From the NCBI GenBank assembly GCA_963845145.1, contig CAWJQU010000001.1, positions 160,001 through 224,000 of the forward strand: DNA of 64,000 nucleotides. Direction: 5' to 3'. The DNA comes from an uncultured delta proteobacterium. GTDB lineage: Bacteria; Desulfobacterota; Desulfobacteria; Desulfobacterales; QNYZ01. Positions 19,555 through 30,204 of the stretch are shown here, one piece after another. The notes beneath the pieces are model-generated. The model did no database searches, was not told the DNA's origin, and worked only from the letters and a program-made list of their open reading frames with translations. Within the stretch, counting starts at the first letter, position 1. Each line of letters starts with the position of its first letter. The position numbers were made by a program, and so were the translations under genes.

Positions 19555-21432
19555 CTATCTACCCGAATGTGCCTTTAGGGCCACCATGAGGACCGAGATC
19601 GCAGCCGGCGTAAAGCCATCAACGCGCGAAGCCTGGCCTATTGATCGTGGGCGAACCTCCCCGAGTTTGGTTTTTAACTCATTTGACAGGCCATGCACGC
19701 TCTCAAAATCAAAGGTAGCGGGTATTTTTATTTGCTCCAAGTTTTTATACCGTTCAATCTCCCTTAACTGACGGTCAATATACCCCTCATATTTGATTTC
19801 AATCTGCACTTGGGCTGCTACCCCTGCCGATAACGGGTGGGGTGGTGGTGCCAATGCCTGGACTGCGTCATAATCGAGTCCCGCCCGCTTTAAGATCTGG
19901 CTCAGTCTCATCCCATCATTAATCAACGATGTATTTTGAGATTCAAGGTATCGATTGACCGTTTCGGTGGGCTTTATCACGGTCTTTTTAATCCGGGATA
20001 TTTCGACCGAGATTGTTTTTCGGCGCGTTCGAACCCGATGGGCCATATCGTCACCAATCAACCCCAACTCATGGCCGATTTCTGCCAGCCTCAGATCGGC
20101 ATTGTCTTCCCGTAACATTAAGCGGTACTCCGCCCGGGAAGTAAACATGCGATAAGGTTCCCGCGTCCCCCGTGTCACCAGATCATCAATCATGACCCCC
20201 ATATAGGCCTGGGACCGGTCTAAAATAAACGGCGGCCGTTTCTGAAGCCGGCAGGCCGCGTTGATGCCGGCCCAGATCCCCTGAGCGGCGGCCTCCTCAT
20301 ATCCGGATGTCCCGTTAATCTGCCCGGACAGATAGAGTCCGGAAACGAGCTTGGTTTCCAGTGTGGGCCTTAACTGGATCGGGTTGATATAATCATACTC
20401 GATGGCATAGGCCGGACGCATAATTTCCGCTTGCTCCAACCCTTCGACTGAGCGCACAAGCGGCACCTGTACTTCCATAGGCAAGCTGTTACCCAGGCCA
20501 CTGGCATAAATTTCATCCGTTTCGAGGCCTTCCGGTTCCAGAATGACCTGATGCCGGTTTCGATCCGGAAACCGCACGATTTTATCTTCAAAAGATGGGC
20601 AATACCGGGCGGAAACACCCTTTACCCTACCGCTGTAAAGTGCGGAACGATCCAGGTTCGCGGCCACAATCCGATGAGCACCGGGGTTGGTATAGCCGAT
20701 GTAGCTGGGCAATTGCGGCAGGTCTATTTTATCGGAAAAAATGGAAAACGGGCGCGGGTTGTCGCTGGGTTCCTGAATGGTAAATTTGGAAAAATCGATA
20801 CTATTTTTTTTCAGCCTGGGCGGTGTGCCGGTTTTCATGCGACCAAGCTTAAACCCAATCTGCTTCATCTGGGCAGCCAGGCCATAGGCGGCGAACTCCC
20901 CGGCCCGGCCGGCTTTGAAAGAGTGATGCCCAATATGCACCAGCCCACTTAAAAAAGTACCGGTGGCCAGAATCACCGCCCGGGCTTGATAACCGAATCC
21001 GGTCTGATCGATGACGCCCTGTACTTGACCATCCTCGATAACCAGCGCCTCCACAAGGGCCTGTTTTAGATCAAGGTTGGGTTGTTTTTCCACGACCGCC
21101 TTCATGACGGCATGATACCTGTTTTTGTCGTTCTGGGTCCGGGAAGAGTGGACGGCCGGCCCCTTTTTGGTGTTGAGAAGCCGATACGCAATGGCGGTTT
21201 GATCGGTAACCCGAGCCATCTGTCCCCCCAAAGCATCCACCTCACGTACCAGTTGCCCTTTCGCCATCCCGCCGATGGACGGGCTGCAAGGCATGGCCGC
21301 TACTTTGTCCAGATCAATGGCAAACAGCAGGACCGCATGCCCCATACGCGCAGCGGCGAGGGCAGCTTCACAGCCTGCATGGCCGGCACCGACAACAATA
21401 ATGTCGTATCGGTTTGAATAAAAAGTGGTCAT
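19555..21432 (-). CDS. mnmG: tRNA uridine 5-carboxymethylaminomethyl modification enzyme MnmG
   Basis: [58 protein letters not shown]. Confidence 0.98.
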   Translation of the reverse strand: MTTFYSNRYDIIVVGAGHAGCEAALAAARMGHAVLLFAIDLDKVAAMPCSPSIGGMAKGQLVREVDALGGQMARVTDQTAIAYRLLNTKKGPAVHSSRTQNDKNRYHAVMKAVVEKQPNLDLKQALVEALVIEDGQVQGVIDQTGFGYQARAVILATGTFLSGLVHIGHHSFKAGRAGEFAAYGLAAQMKQIGFKLGRMKTGTPPRLKKNSIDFSKFTIQEPSDNPRPFSIFSDKIDLPQLPSYIGYTNPGAHRIVAANLDRSALYSGRVKGVSARYCPSFEDKIVRFPDRNRHQVILEPEGLETDEIYASGLGNSLPMEVQVPLVRSVEGLEQAEIMRPAYAIEYDYINPIQLRPTLETKLVSGLYLSGQINGTSGYEEAAAQGIWAGINAACRLQKRPPFILDRSQAYMGVMIDDLVTRGTREPYRMFTSRAEYRLMLREDNADLRLAEIGHELGLIGDDMAHRVRTRRKTISVEISRIKKTVIKPTETVNRYLESQNTSLINDGMRLSQILKRAGLDYDAVQALAPPPHPLSAGVAAQVQIEIKYEGYIDRQLREIERYKNLEQIKIPATFDFESVHGLSNELKTKLGEVRPRSIGQASRVDGFTPAAISVLMVALKAHSGR

Positions 21433-21520
21433 GGTTTAAACTGACTCTCTCTTGAAAAAGGCAAATTTGTCATAACGGGTAGATATTATTACCGCCAACC
21501 CACAAGGTCAAGCATCACCC

Positions 21521-22447
21521 ATGAACCATGACCAGCGTTATTTCGATATGAAGACCTATTACCACCGACGGTTCGGTGGCCGCGTGCAGAAACTTTCCGT
21601 GGATGCCGGTTTGGGCTGCCCCAACCGGGATGGGACCATTGGCCGGGGCGGCTGCATTTTTTGTAATCCCAGAGGATCGGGCACTGGTGCCCATGCCAAG
21701 GGGATGTCCATTGAGAAACAGATTGAATCCGGCAAGGCCTATTTAACCAAACGCTATGGCGCTAAAAAATTTATCGTTTATTTTCAATCTTTTACCAACA
21801 CCTATGCCCCGGTTGATGTCTTGGCCGGCTTATACGACGACGCCTTAAGAGACCCCGCGATCGTGGGGATCGCCATCGGCACCCGTCCCGATTGTGTGGA
21901 TGAAGCGGTTTTGGATTTGTTGGCGTCCTATGCCCGCCACCGCATGGTGTGGATCGAATACGGTCTGCAGAGTATGCATGACGAAACCCTAAACCGCATC
22001 CACCGCGGCCATAATTTTCAAAGCTTTGCCAATGCCGTAAACAATACCCGTGGACGGGGTATCCTTATTTGTGCCCACATGATCCTCGGGTTGCCAGGTG
22101 AAAATCGGGACCACATGCTTCAAACCGCCCGCATGTTGGCATCCATGGGTATCGATGGGGTCAAACTGCATCTCCTCTACGTTGTTCGCGGCACCCCGCT
22201 TGAAAAACAGTATCAGCAGGGACGTTATTCCTGCCTGACCCAAACAGAGTATGTATCGCTGGTTTGTGATGTTTTGGCGCAATTGCCGCCCGACATGGTG
22301 ATCCACCGCCTTACCGGTGATCCCCATAAGCGGGAACTTGTCGCTCCCGCATGGTCGTTAAAAAAAAACCAGACAATCGATATGATAAAAGAGGCCATGC
22401 GCCGGCAAAACCTTCGGCAAGGCAGCCAGTTTAATCAAAACGCATGA
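21521..22447 (+). CDS. TIGR01212/YhcC-family radical SAM protein
   Basis: CPNRDGTIGRGGCIFC, YFQSFTNTY, IGTRPDC, IHRLTGD. Confidence 0.93.
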   Translation: MNHDQRYFDMKTYYHRRFGGRVQKLSVDAGLGCPNRDGTIGRGGCIFCNPRGSGTGAHAKGMSIEKQIESGKAYLTKRYGAKKFIVYFQSFTNTYAPVDVLAGLYDDALRDPAIVGIAIGTRPDCVDEAVLDLLASYARHRMVWIEYGLQSMHDETLNRIHRGHNFQSFANAVNNTRGRGILICAHMILGLPGENRDHMLQTARMLASMGIDGVKLHLLYVVRGTPLEKQYQQGRYSCLTQTEYVSLVCDVLAQLPPDMVIHRLTGDPHKRELVAPAWSLKKNQTIDMIKEAMRRQNLRQGSQFNQNA

Positions 22448-22545
22448 GCTAAAGCCCCGTAAGCCCTTGATTAAGCGAGCACAGATCGGTTGAATTTTAT
22501 CCGGCTTTCTCCTATAAGCGATTAAAGCCACTCCAAGAGGACACC

Positions 22546-25525
22546 ATGACACTTAAAAAAAGTAACCCGGGCGATAATGTTGACCTTTCCTTTAAGGTCT
22601 TTCATGAATTAATGGCCAAAAAAGTCAGCGATATACTGCTTCTTTCCAGCCCGTATGATGCCTTTATTTTAGAAGAAGAGGGCCGGTTGGCGGAACGGAT
22701 CATCAAGGAATACCGTGGTCTGAACCTTTCCCGCCCCCCGCGATTGACCTGGGTGTCAACGACCAGTGAAGCCTTTTCACGCTTGAATGAAAAAACATTT
22801 GATTTTGTCATCACCACCCCTCGGGTCGATGGCATGGAACCGCATACTTTTGCCCGCCAGTGTAAAAAGAAGTATCCGGATCTTCCCCTCTTTTTGTTGA
22901 CCCGTAATCATGCTGAGATCGTCCAGGGGTCAGGAAGACGGTACGACTGAGGCTTATGACCGGACCCTGTTCTGGAATGGCAATGCCGATTTGTTGCTGG
23001 CGCAGGTAAAAAACCTGGAGGACCGCTGGAACATTGCGCGTGACACCGAACTGGCGCGCGTGCGCGTCATCATCATGGTCGAAGACTCGCCTTATTATTA
23101 CTCATCCGTGCTACCGCTGCTTTACAAAGAGATCGTCATCCAGACCCAGGCGGTCATGGAAGACGCCCTAAACGAGGAGCACCGCTTACTGCGTATGCGG
23201 GCCCGTCCGAAAATCCTGTCGGCCTCCTCCTATGACGAAGCCGTTGACCTGTATCACCAATACAAGCCTTACCTTCTCAGCGTGCTGTCCGATGCCCGGT
23301 TTCCCAAAAAGGGGGAGGTCTGCGCCCAAGCCGGTGTTGAGCTTTTGTCGATGATTAAAAAAGATTCGCCGGATGTCCAGCTGTTGATGTTTTCATCGGA
23401 GGAAGAAAACCGGGAAAAGGCCGAATCCATCCCGGCCATGTTCGTGAATAAAAACAGTCCGGCCCTGCACTCCCACATTCGCTCATTTTTCGTTAAATTT
23501 CTCGGTTTCGGCGAGTTTATATTTCGCATGCCCGACGGCCGCGAGGTGGGGCGTGCTTCGAATTTACGGAGCATGGAAAAAATTCTGCCTTCTATTCCCG
23601 AAGATTCATTGGTTTACCACGCCAAGCACAACCATTTTTCAACCTGGCTCATGGCCCGGGCCGAGATCGTGATGGCCAAAAAACTCAGACCTTACAAAAC
23701 CGCAGACTTTTCAAGCATCTCGGATATTAGAAATTTCCTGGTGTCCTGTTTCCATGAACGCCGCAAGGGGCGCCAGCGGGGCATCATTACCGACTTTGAC
23801 TTGAACGATTACGATCCCGATGTCGATTTCGTAAAAATCGGACGGGGCTCTTTAGGTGGTAAAGCCCGGGGCCTTGCGTTTCTGGCCATGATGCTGAAGG
23901 AATCCGAAGAGCTAAATAAAAAATTTCCCGATGTGAATATCATTGTGCCGGAAACGATGGTCGTCTCCACCGAAGGATTCGATGCATTCATGGCTGAAAG
24001 CCGGCTGGATGAATTCACCGAAAGCGATCCCAGCGATGAAGACACCTGCGCAATGTTTATTGAAAAACGTTTTCCCGATTGGCTGTATCGTGACCTTCGA
24101 AAATACCTCGAACACAAGACCTTTCCCTTGGCGGTGCGGTCATCCAGTCTGCTTGAGGATGCCTATTTTCATCCTTTTGCAGGTATTTATCGGACCTATA
24201 TGATTCCCAATAACGACCCGTCACTGGATACCCGCACCGACCAATTGATTCAAGCGATCAAATGCGTCTATGCCTCGACGTTTTTGAAGGATTCACGGTC
24301 ATTTGCGCGTAACACGCTGCACAGAACCGAAGAAGAAAAAATGGCCGTGGTGATCCAGCGCTTAATGGGCACCGAGCACGCCGGTTATTTTTATCCGTCC
24401 CTTTCCGGTGTGGCCAAATCATTTAATTTTTATCCGATCGCACCAATGACCGCCGAGGACGGGATCGCACACATCGCCCTGGGACTGGGCAAAACCGTCG
24501 TGGAAGGGCTGGATGTGCTTCGCTTCTGCCCCAAATACCCTGAACTATTGCCCCAATTTTCCACGGTGGATGACATGCTGAAAAATGCCCAGCGGTATGC
24601 CTACGCCTTATCCATGAATGGGTTTCCGGATGATTTTGCCAAGGCGGATGACGCCACTCTGGCCCGGCTGGCCATCGATGACATGGCCGATCATCCGGCC
24701 GTACGGTATCTGGCCAGTACCTATCACCCTCAGGATAATCGCATTCGCGATGCCTGGCATCCGGATGGCTATCCGGTAATGACCTTTGCGCGAATTCTGA
24801 AGCACAAGGCCTTCCCATTACCTGAAATTCTGTCTGAAATCCTTGAAATCGGACGGAAAGGGTTGGGCGAACATGTCGAGATCGAATTTTGCGCCCATCT
24901 GCATGCCGATAAAAACCGGAAAACGGATTTCAGCCTGGTTCAGATTCGGCCGCTGGCGGTCCGGTTGAAAAATGATGGGGTTCGTATTGAAAAAGAAGAG
25001 ATCGACCGGGCGGTGATTTATTCAAGTCAGGCTCTGGGAACCAGTCGATCCGATCCAATCAGCGATATCGTTTATGTTAAGCCGGATGATTTCGATCCGG
25101 CCCGAACCGTCGAAATGGTCAATGAAGTGGGCGCCATCAATGGCAAACTGGAGAAAGCCGGGCGCAAATATCTACTCATCGGTCCCGGACGCTGGGGATC
25201 GGCGGATCGCTGGCTGGGAATTCCCGTCACCTGGCGCCATATTGCCGGGGTCGATACCATCGTGGAAACATCGGTGAAAAACCTCCATGCCGACCCGTCA
25301 CAGGGGTCCCATTTTTTCCACAATATTACCTCTCTCGGAATTGGGTACATAACCGTCAGGCCGGAAGCGGGCGATTTTATCAACTGGGAATGGCTGGACC
25401 ATCTGCCCATAATTGAAGAGAGTGATCATGTGCGGCATGTCGCTCTCGACCATCCAGTCATTCTCAAAATTGACGGCCGTAGCGGACAGGCCATCATCGT
25501 TTCTGAAAGTCAATCGAATGCCTAA
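22546..25525 (+). CDS. Receiver-like domains plus PEP/pyruvate-binding (PPDK_N) protein, frameshifted at GGGG 22926-22929
   Basis: ORFs 22546-22950 and 22910-25525 join if one G is removed (IVQGQEDG). GSLGGKARGLAF, AVRSSSLLED, GLGKTVVEG, LVQIRP, GPGRWGS, SQGSHFF. Confidence 0.85.
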
Positions 25526-26189
25526 AAAAAACGGCCTGCTAACACAGCTGAAAACCAAGTACCGCCGCCCGCTGACGCTGACCGGTCGCTACTACCGGAT
25601 CGCCCGCCGGATGTTGTTGAATACGGCCGACATTTTAAATGCCGGAGAAATCAATTACTTTCTCGATGCCGGGGCCTTATTGGGGCTTGTACGCGACGGT
25701 GACCTGATTCCCTGGGATGACGACCTCGATATGTCCATGCCGGTGACGGAATTACCCAAATTCAGAAAACGATACAACCAGCTGCGCATACGCGGTTGGC
25801 GAGTCACTGAAGATTCGGTAATGCCTGCCGATGGGCCGGCGTGGAAAAGGGGAGATCCCCGGTCAATCAAAATTCGCAACCGCAATGCCCTCTTCTTTGG
25901 ACGGGGCCGTATCGTCATGGACATGACCTTGACCTATCCTAAAGGCGATTACTACTGGCGGGGTGCCATGGGAAAAATCTGGCGAATTCCACGACATTTT
26001 TACGACCGCCATGCCCATATCCAATTTGGCGGCAAACCGATTCGCATACCCTACCAGGTAGAGGATTACCTGAAATTTTTGTACGGCGATTGGCAGGTGC
26101 CTAACAAGGATCATGATCCAATCAAAAACGACGGCAGCCTCTATGACGACTTGGATCAACCGCTAAAAAACCAGCCGAATAAGCCCTGA
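25518..26189 (+). CDS. LicD-family nucleotidyltransferase-fold phosphotransferase
   Basis: YFLDAGALLGLVRDGDLIPWDDDLD; EDYLKFLYGDWQVP. ATG 25518 overlaps the upstream stop. Confidence 0.88.
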   Translation: MPKKNGLLTQLKTKYRRPLTLTGRYYRIARRMLLNTADILNAGEINYFLDAGALLGLVRDGDLIPWDDDLDMSMPVTELPKFRKRYNQLRIRGWRVTEDSVMPADGPAWKRGDPRSIKIRNRNALFFGRGRIVMDMTLTYPKGDYYWRGAMGKIWRIPRHFYDRHAHIQFGGKPIRIPYQVEDYLKFLYGDWQVPNKDHDPIKNDGSLYDDLDQPLKNQPNKP

Positions 26190-27265
26190 TGATCTATTTC
26201 GATACCCTCCATCTATACTACCTCACCCAATACCTGCCGGTTTTCAGGGAATTGGAAAAGCGGGGCCTGAAGGCGATTTTTGTCTTTTACCGCAACCCAA
26301 AAACCGAATCGATGGTAAAAGACGTCATCGCCCATGAGGCGTTGCCGTCGCTCTGGGTTGATTCCCTCGAACAGGCCAAAGCCCTTTACCAAAAAAAGCA
26401 GCCTGCCTGGTTGATCTTCGGAAACGGTTTCGCACCGCTGGATGAGCTGCCCAAAGCCGTAAAAACAGCCCAACTCTACCACGGGATCGGCATGAAAAGC
26501 GATGTCTATCAACCTGCCCTGATGATGATGGATATTCGCTTTATCGAGGGCCCCCATTACACCGAAGCACTCACACGGCTTTTTCCCGGCCGCCCGATGC
26601 TTGAGGTGGGTTATGCGAAACTCGACCCCCTGTTCGGGCCGATAGCGCGACGCCCCGTTCTCGATCTGGCGAGGATCGGGCTTTCGACTCAAAAACCCAC
26701 CCTTTTATATGCGCCGACCTTCTACCCCAGTTCGATTGAACGGATGCCCGACGATCTGCCCGATCATTTCAAAGACGCCAATCTGGTCATCAAGCCACAC
26801 ATGTTTTCCTATAGCAAGGCGCGCTACAAAAACCAGCGGAAAAAACTGACCGTCTGGTCGCAGTTTGACAATTGTTTTACGGCAGACCCTTTATTATTTA
26901 ATCTGCTGCCTTTTATGAACACGGCCGACCTCATGATCAGCGATGCTTCATCGGCCCTGTTCGAATTCGCAGCTCTGAATAAACCCGTTATCTGGTGTGA
27001 TTTTTTAAAGTTACGCTGGACATACCGCGGTATTTTTCGGTATCGTTTGAACCGGCGCATGGATCAAAGCATTCTCCAATACGCCGATATCGGCCGCCAT
27101 GCCTCGAGCTTTGATTCCCTGAAAAAGGCCGTCTGGAGCCAATTGGAAAAACCTGATCAATTTGAAAAGAACAGACGGACGTATACTTCGCGGTTAATCG
27201 GTAAAACGGACGGCCAGGTCTCCAAACGTATCGTTGATTACCTTGTCGACGACCCAACGACTTGA
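26189..27265 (+). CDS. CDP-glycerol glycerophosphotransferase (TagF-like) family protein
   Basis: QLYHGIG, VGYAKLD, LYAPTF, IKPH, ADLMISDASSALFEF. Confidence 0.85.
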   Translation: MIYFDTLHLYYLTQYLPVFRELEKRGLKAIFVFYRNPKTESMVKDVIAHEALPSLWVDSLEQAKALYQKKQPAWLIFGNGFAPLDELPKAVKTAQLYHGIGMKSDVYQPALMMMDIRFIEGPHYTEALTRLFPGRPMLEVGYAKLDPLFGPIARRPVLDLARIGLSTQKPTLLYAPTFYPSSIERMPDDLPDHFKDANLVIKPHMFSYSKARYKNQRKKLTVWSQFDNCFTADPLLFNLLPFMNTADLMISDASSALFEFAALNKPVIWCDFLKLRWTYRGIFRYRLNRRMDQSILQYADIGRHASSFDSLKKAVWSQLEKPDQFEKNRRTYTSRLIGKTDGQVSKRIVDYLVDDPTT

Positions 27266-28119
27266 TTGAAAAAATGCCCCATGGGGCTACTCACAGGGCC
27301 AATTCAGCCATGCCAAATCCCAACTCAAAACAGTCGCTATCGGTTATCATCATCGCCCAGGACGAGGGGGACCGAATCGAGGCGTGTCTTGCCTCACTAA
27401 AATCTATCGCTGACGAAATCATCGTCCTCGATAGCGGTAGCTCCGATGATACGGTTACCGTCGCCCGTCGATACACGTCGCAGGTCCATGAAACCGACTG
27501 GCCGGGATACGGGCCGCAAAAGCAGCGAGCGCTCTCTATGGCTACCGGGGATTGGGTTCTCTCCATCGATGCCGATGAAGCGCTGACTCCGGAATTAAAA
27601 GAAGAGATTCATGCCTTACTGCAAACCGCCCCTAAAGACATCGCCTACCGCCTTCCCTGGGCGGTAACCGTTTTTGGTAAGCGGTTGGATTATGGCCGCA
27701 GCGCGCGTGCGCCTTTGCGGCTTTTTCGCCGCATGGGCGCCCGTTTCAGTGACGATCAGGTTCATGAAAAGGTCATTCTGCCGACGGGTTCAATTGGAAA
27801 GTTGAGCGGCCGTCTGCTTCATTATACCCATCGTGATTTCGGCCATTACCTCAATAAAAACGCCAAATATGCCTGGCTGGGATCCCAGAAACGCTACCGG
27901 GCGGGAAAAACGGGCTACGGCCTCACCGGAGCCGCGCTACGATCGCTATGGGTCTTTTTTCAAATTTACGTGATTCGAAGAGGTTTTCTGGATGGGCGAA
28001 TCGGTTTTCTGGTGGCCGTTCTCTACAGTCAGGGAGCCTTTAACAAATATGCCGGGCTGTGGACATTACGTCGTCAAAAACAATCGGCATCAAAACCCAG
28101 CAAAATTAAGCCTTCCTGA
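27262..28119 (+). CDS. Glycosyltransferase family 2, LPS core (WaaE/KdtX-like); start may be 27274 or 27310
   Basis: LSVIIIAQDE, LDSGSSDDT, GYGPQKQ, LSIDADE, VHE, GFLDGRIG. Confidence 0.9.
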   Translation: MIEKMPHGATHRANSAMPNPNSKQSLSVIIIAQDEGDRIEACLASLKSIADEIIVLDSGSSDDTVTVARRYTSQVHETDWPGYGPQKQRALSMATGDWVLSIDADEALTPELKEEIHALLQTAPKDIAYRLPWAVTVFGKRLDYGRSARAPLRLFRRMGARFSDDQVHEKVILPTGSIGKLSGRLLHYTHRDFGHYLNKNAKYAWLGSQKRYRAGKTGYGLTGAALRSLWVFFQIYVIRRGFLDGRIGFLVAVLYSQGAFNKYAGLWTLRRQKQSASKPSKIKPS

Positions 28120-28122
28120 CCC

Positions 28123-29154
28123 ATGCGAACCTATCTCTTATTTGCCAGCCAGCTCTACGCTTTTTCGATTTTACGCCCGCTGCAAAAAGCGATTTTAGCG
28201 CGGGGGGATGAGGTGGCCTGGTTTCTCCTCGGCCCTTGGCAATCGTACATCAAATCCGATGAACGGCTCCTCGAAACGGTTCGGGCGGTGAAACAATTCA
28301 ACCCTGCGGCCGTGTTCGTGGCCGGCAATATCGTTCCTGATTTTTTCCCCGGCGTCAAAGTGGAAGTGTTCCATGGTTTTAACGCCCGCAAACGGAAAAA
28401 AACCATAGGGCATTATCGCATTCGCGGATTTTTTGACCTCTATTGCACCCAAGGACCGGATACGACGCATCATTTTCAGGAATTGGCCCGCGACCAACGC
28501 TTTTTTGAGGTCGTTGAAACCGGGTGGCCAAAAATGGACCCGCTCTTTAACGCACACCCTCTTGAAAAAAAGAGCGGCCGCACTGTGGTTCTCTTTGCAT
28601 CGACATTTACGCCCCGACTCAGTGCGGCCAAACCGTTATGGGAAACCATTCGGCAATTGTCCGCCACGGGCCGATGGCAATGGCTTGTCAATCTGCATCC
28701 AAAAATGGACCGGTCGGTTGTGGCGCAATACGCGACCATTCAATCTGAACACTTAACGCTGGCCGAAACCGATGACACCATTCCTCTGCTTCAGGCAGCG
28801 GATGTTATCGTTTCCGACACCTCATCGATCATCGACGAATTTTGTCTGCAGCAAAAACCGGCGGTGACCTTTCGGCACCGCCTTCCCCGGCCCCACTTGG
28901 TCAATATTACCGATCCGGTCGACCTGGTCCCGGCCATCGAAAAGGCGCTAACGCGCCCCCAGCAACTCATGGAGGCGATTCGCGACTATACCGATCATAT
29001 CCACCCTTACCGGGATGGTCGTTCCAGTTACCGGGTACTGGCTGCTGCTGATCAATTGATCGAGAAAGGAACCGGACACTTCGCCGGCAAACCGCTTAAT
29101 TTAATACGCCGGTTAAAGATTCGAAATGAAATGGGATATTACCACTGGTATTGA
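28123..29154 (+). CDS. CDP-glycerol glycerophosphotransferase (TagF-like) family protein
   Basis: VFHGF, TGWPKMD, FASTF, LHPKM, ADVIVSDTSS. Confidence 0.85.
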   Translation: MRTYLLFASQLYAFSILRPLQKAILARGDEVAWFLLGPWQSYIKSDERLLETVRAVKQFNPAAVFVAGNIVPDFFPGVKVEVFHGFNARKRKKTIGHYRIRGFFDLYCTQGPDTTHHFQELARDQRFFEVVETGWPKMDPLFNAHPLEKKSGRTVVLFASTFTPRLSAAKPLWETIRQLSATGRWQWLVNLHPKMDRSVVAQYATIQSEHLTLAETDDTIPLLQAADVIVSDTSSIIDEFCLQQKPAVTFRHRLPRPHLVNITDPVDLVPAIEKALTRPQQLMEAIRDYTDHIHPYRDGRSSYRVLAAADQLIEKGTGHFAGKPLNLIRRLKIRNEMGYYHWY

Positions 29155-29197
29155 TATAAGAACCTGTAATCAAAAAATAATGGCGTAAGCGTTAATC

Positions 29198-29286
29198 GAA
29201 TAACGAATGTCGAACAATGAATATTGAATTACGAAGGAGAGGGCAAACTTCGATATTCGATATTCCTTGTTCATTATTCAATATTC
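29198..29286. repeat. Inverted arrays of degenerate 7-mers (GAATATC-like) forming a long hairpin
   Basis: GAATAAC GAATGTC GAACAAT GAATATT GAATTAC GAAG ... CTTC GATATTC GATATTC CTTGTTC ATTATTC AATATTC between convergent genes. Confidence 0.75.
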
Positions 29287-30035
29287 GGGTTTTTCCCTTC
29301 TTTTGCCTTAATGGCCGGATAGATAACGTCCCGAGCTCGATTTAAGTGGGAGACCATATCAATTTCCGTCCATACCAGATCCTCAATTTTGGCAACATGA
29401 ATGGGATCCTGGGGTGAGATGGTGGACAATGCGGTTTCATAATCAATCTGCTTGGCCCTGGTTTCGTCGTTTTCATACCGTTCACAGATTTTTTGAAACG
29501 TCTTATACGAAAGCTTCGTAATACCAACCAATTCACCGGATAAATGCGATAATGCATTTTTATCTTTGGACATATCGATAAGAACCCCGCCCGCATCCGT
29601 CTCGATATACACTTCGTCTTGCGATTGCGTCCAGCCGCTGGCCAAAACCACATTATGCTCCTGGGTTTGCAAAAGAAATTCGATTGCTTTTTCTTCAAAA
29701 AGAAGATCGGATTCCAGCAGCAAAAAATTTTCCCTTATTAAATCGCGAAGATTAAACAGGGTATAAAAACTACTGGTCTGATCATAAATCGGGTTTTTCT
29801 TCAATTCGATACTCGGAAATGCTTCAGCCAATTTTTCATAATACCGAGATTGATAACCGGTGCCGATGATGAAACGGTTAATCCCGTATTTGGACATAAT
29901 TTTGATGGCGCGTTCAATTAAGGCCACCCCGTCAATTTGAATAAAGCCTTTGGGCTTGTCGTCGATATGCCGGTTGATTCGAAGTCCGAGGCCCCCCGCC
30001 ATGATGACGGCTGTGCGGATGTCGTGCGGTTTCAT
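29274..30035 (-). CDS. Phosphocholine/phosphonate cytidylyltransferase family (LicC-like)
   Basis: AVIMAGGLGLR, KPKG, LLESDLLF, GELVGITK, WTEID. Confidence 0.85.
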   Translation of the reverse strand: MKPHDIRTAVIMAGGLGLRINRHIDDKPKGFIQIDGVALIERAIKIMSKYGINRFIIGTGYQSRYYEKLAEAFPSIELKKNPIYDQTSSFYTLFNLRDLIRENFLLLESDLLFEEKAIEFLLQTQEHNVVLASGWTQSQDEVYIETDAGGVLIDMSKDKNALSHLSGELVGITKLSYKTFQKICERYENDETRAKQIDYETALSTISPQDPIHVAKIEDLVWTEIDMVSHLNRARDVIYPAIKAKEGKNPNIE

Positions 30036-30204
30036 TTAATTTTCCAGTAATATATATTTATCGATGCGTTGCTCATACCATAATCGATAAAGATTGCTCA
30101 ACATCGATTGTAGGTTGATATCTTGATTTTACAAGTTGTTTGTGAAAAGGATGCCCATCGACGCTACCGTAATATCATTGCAGGACCTTTGAAGTCGAAT
30201 CGCT

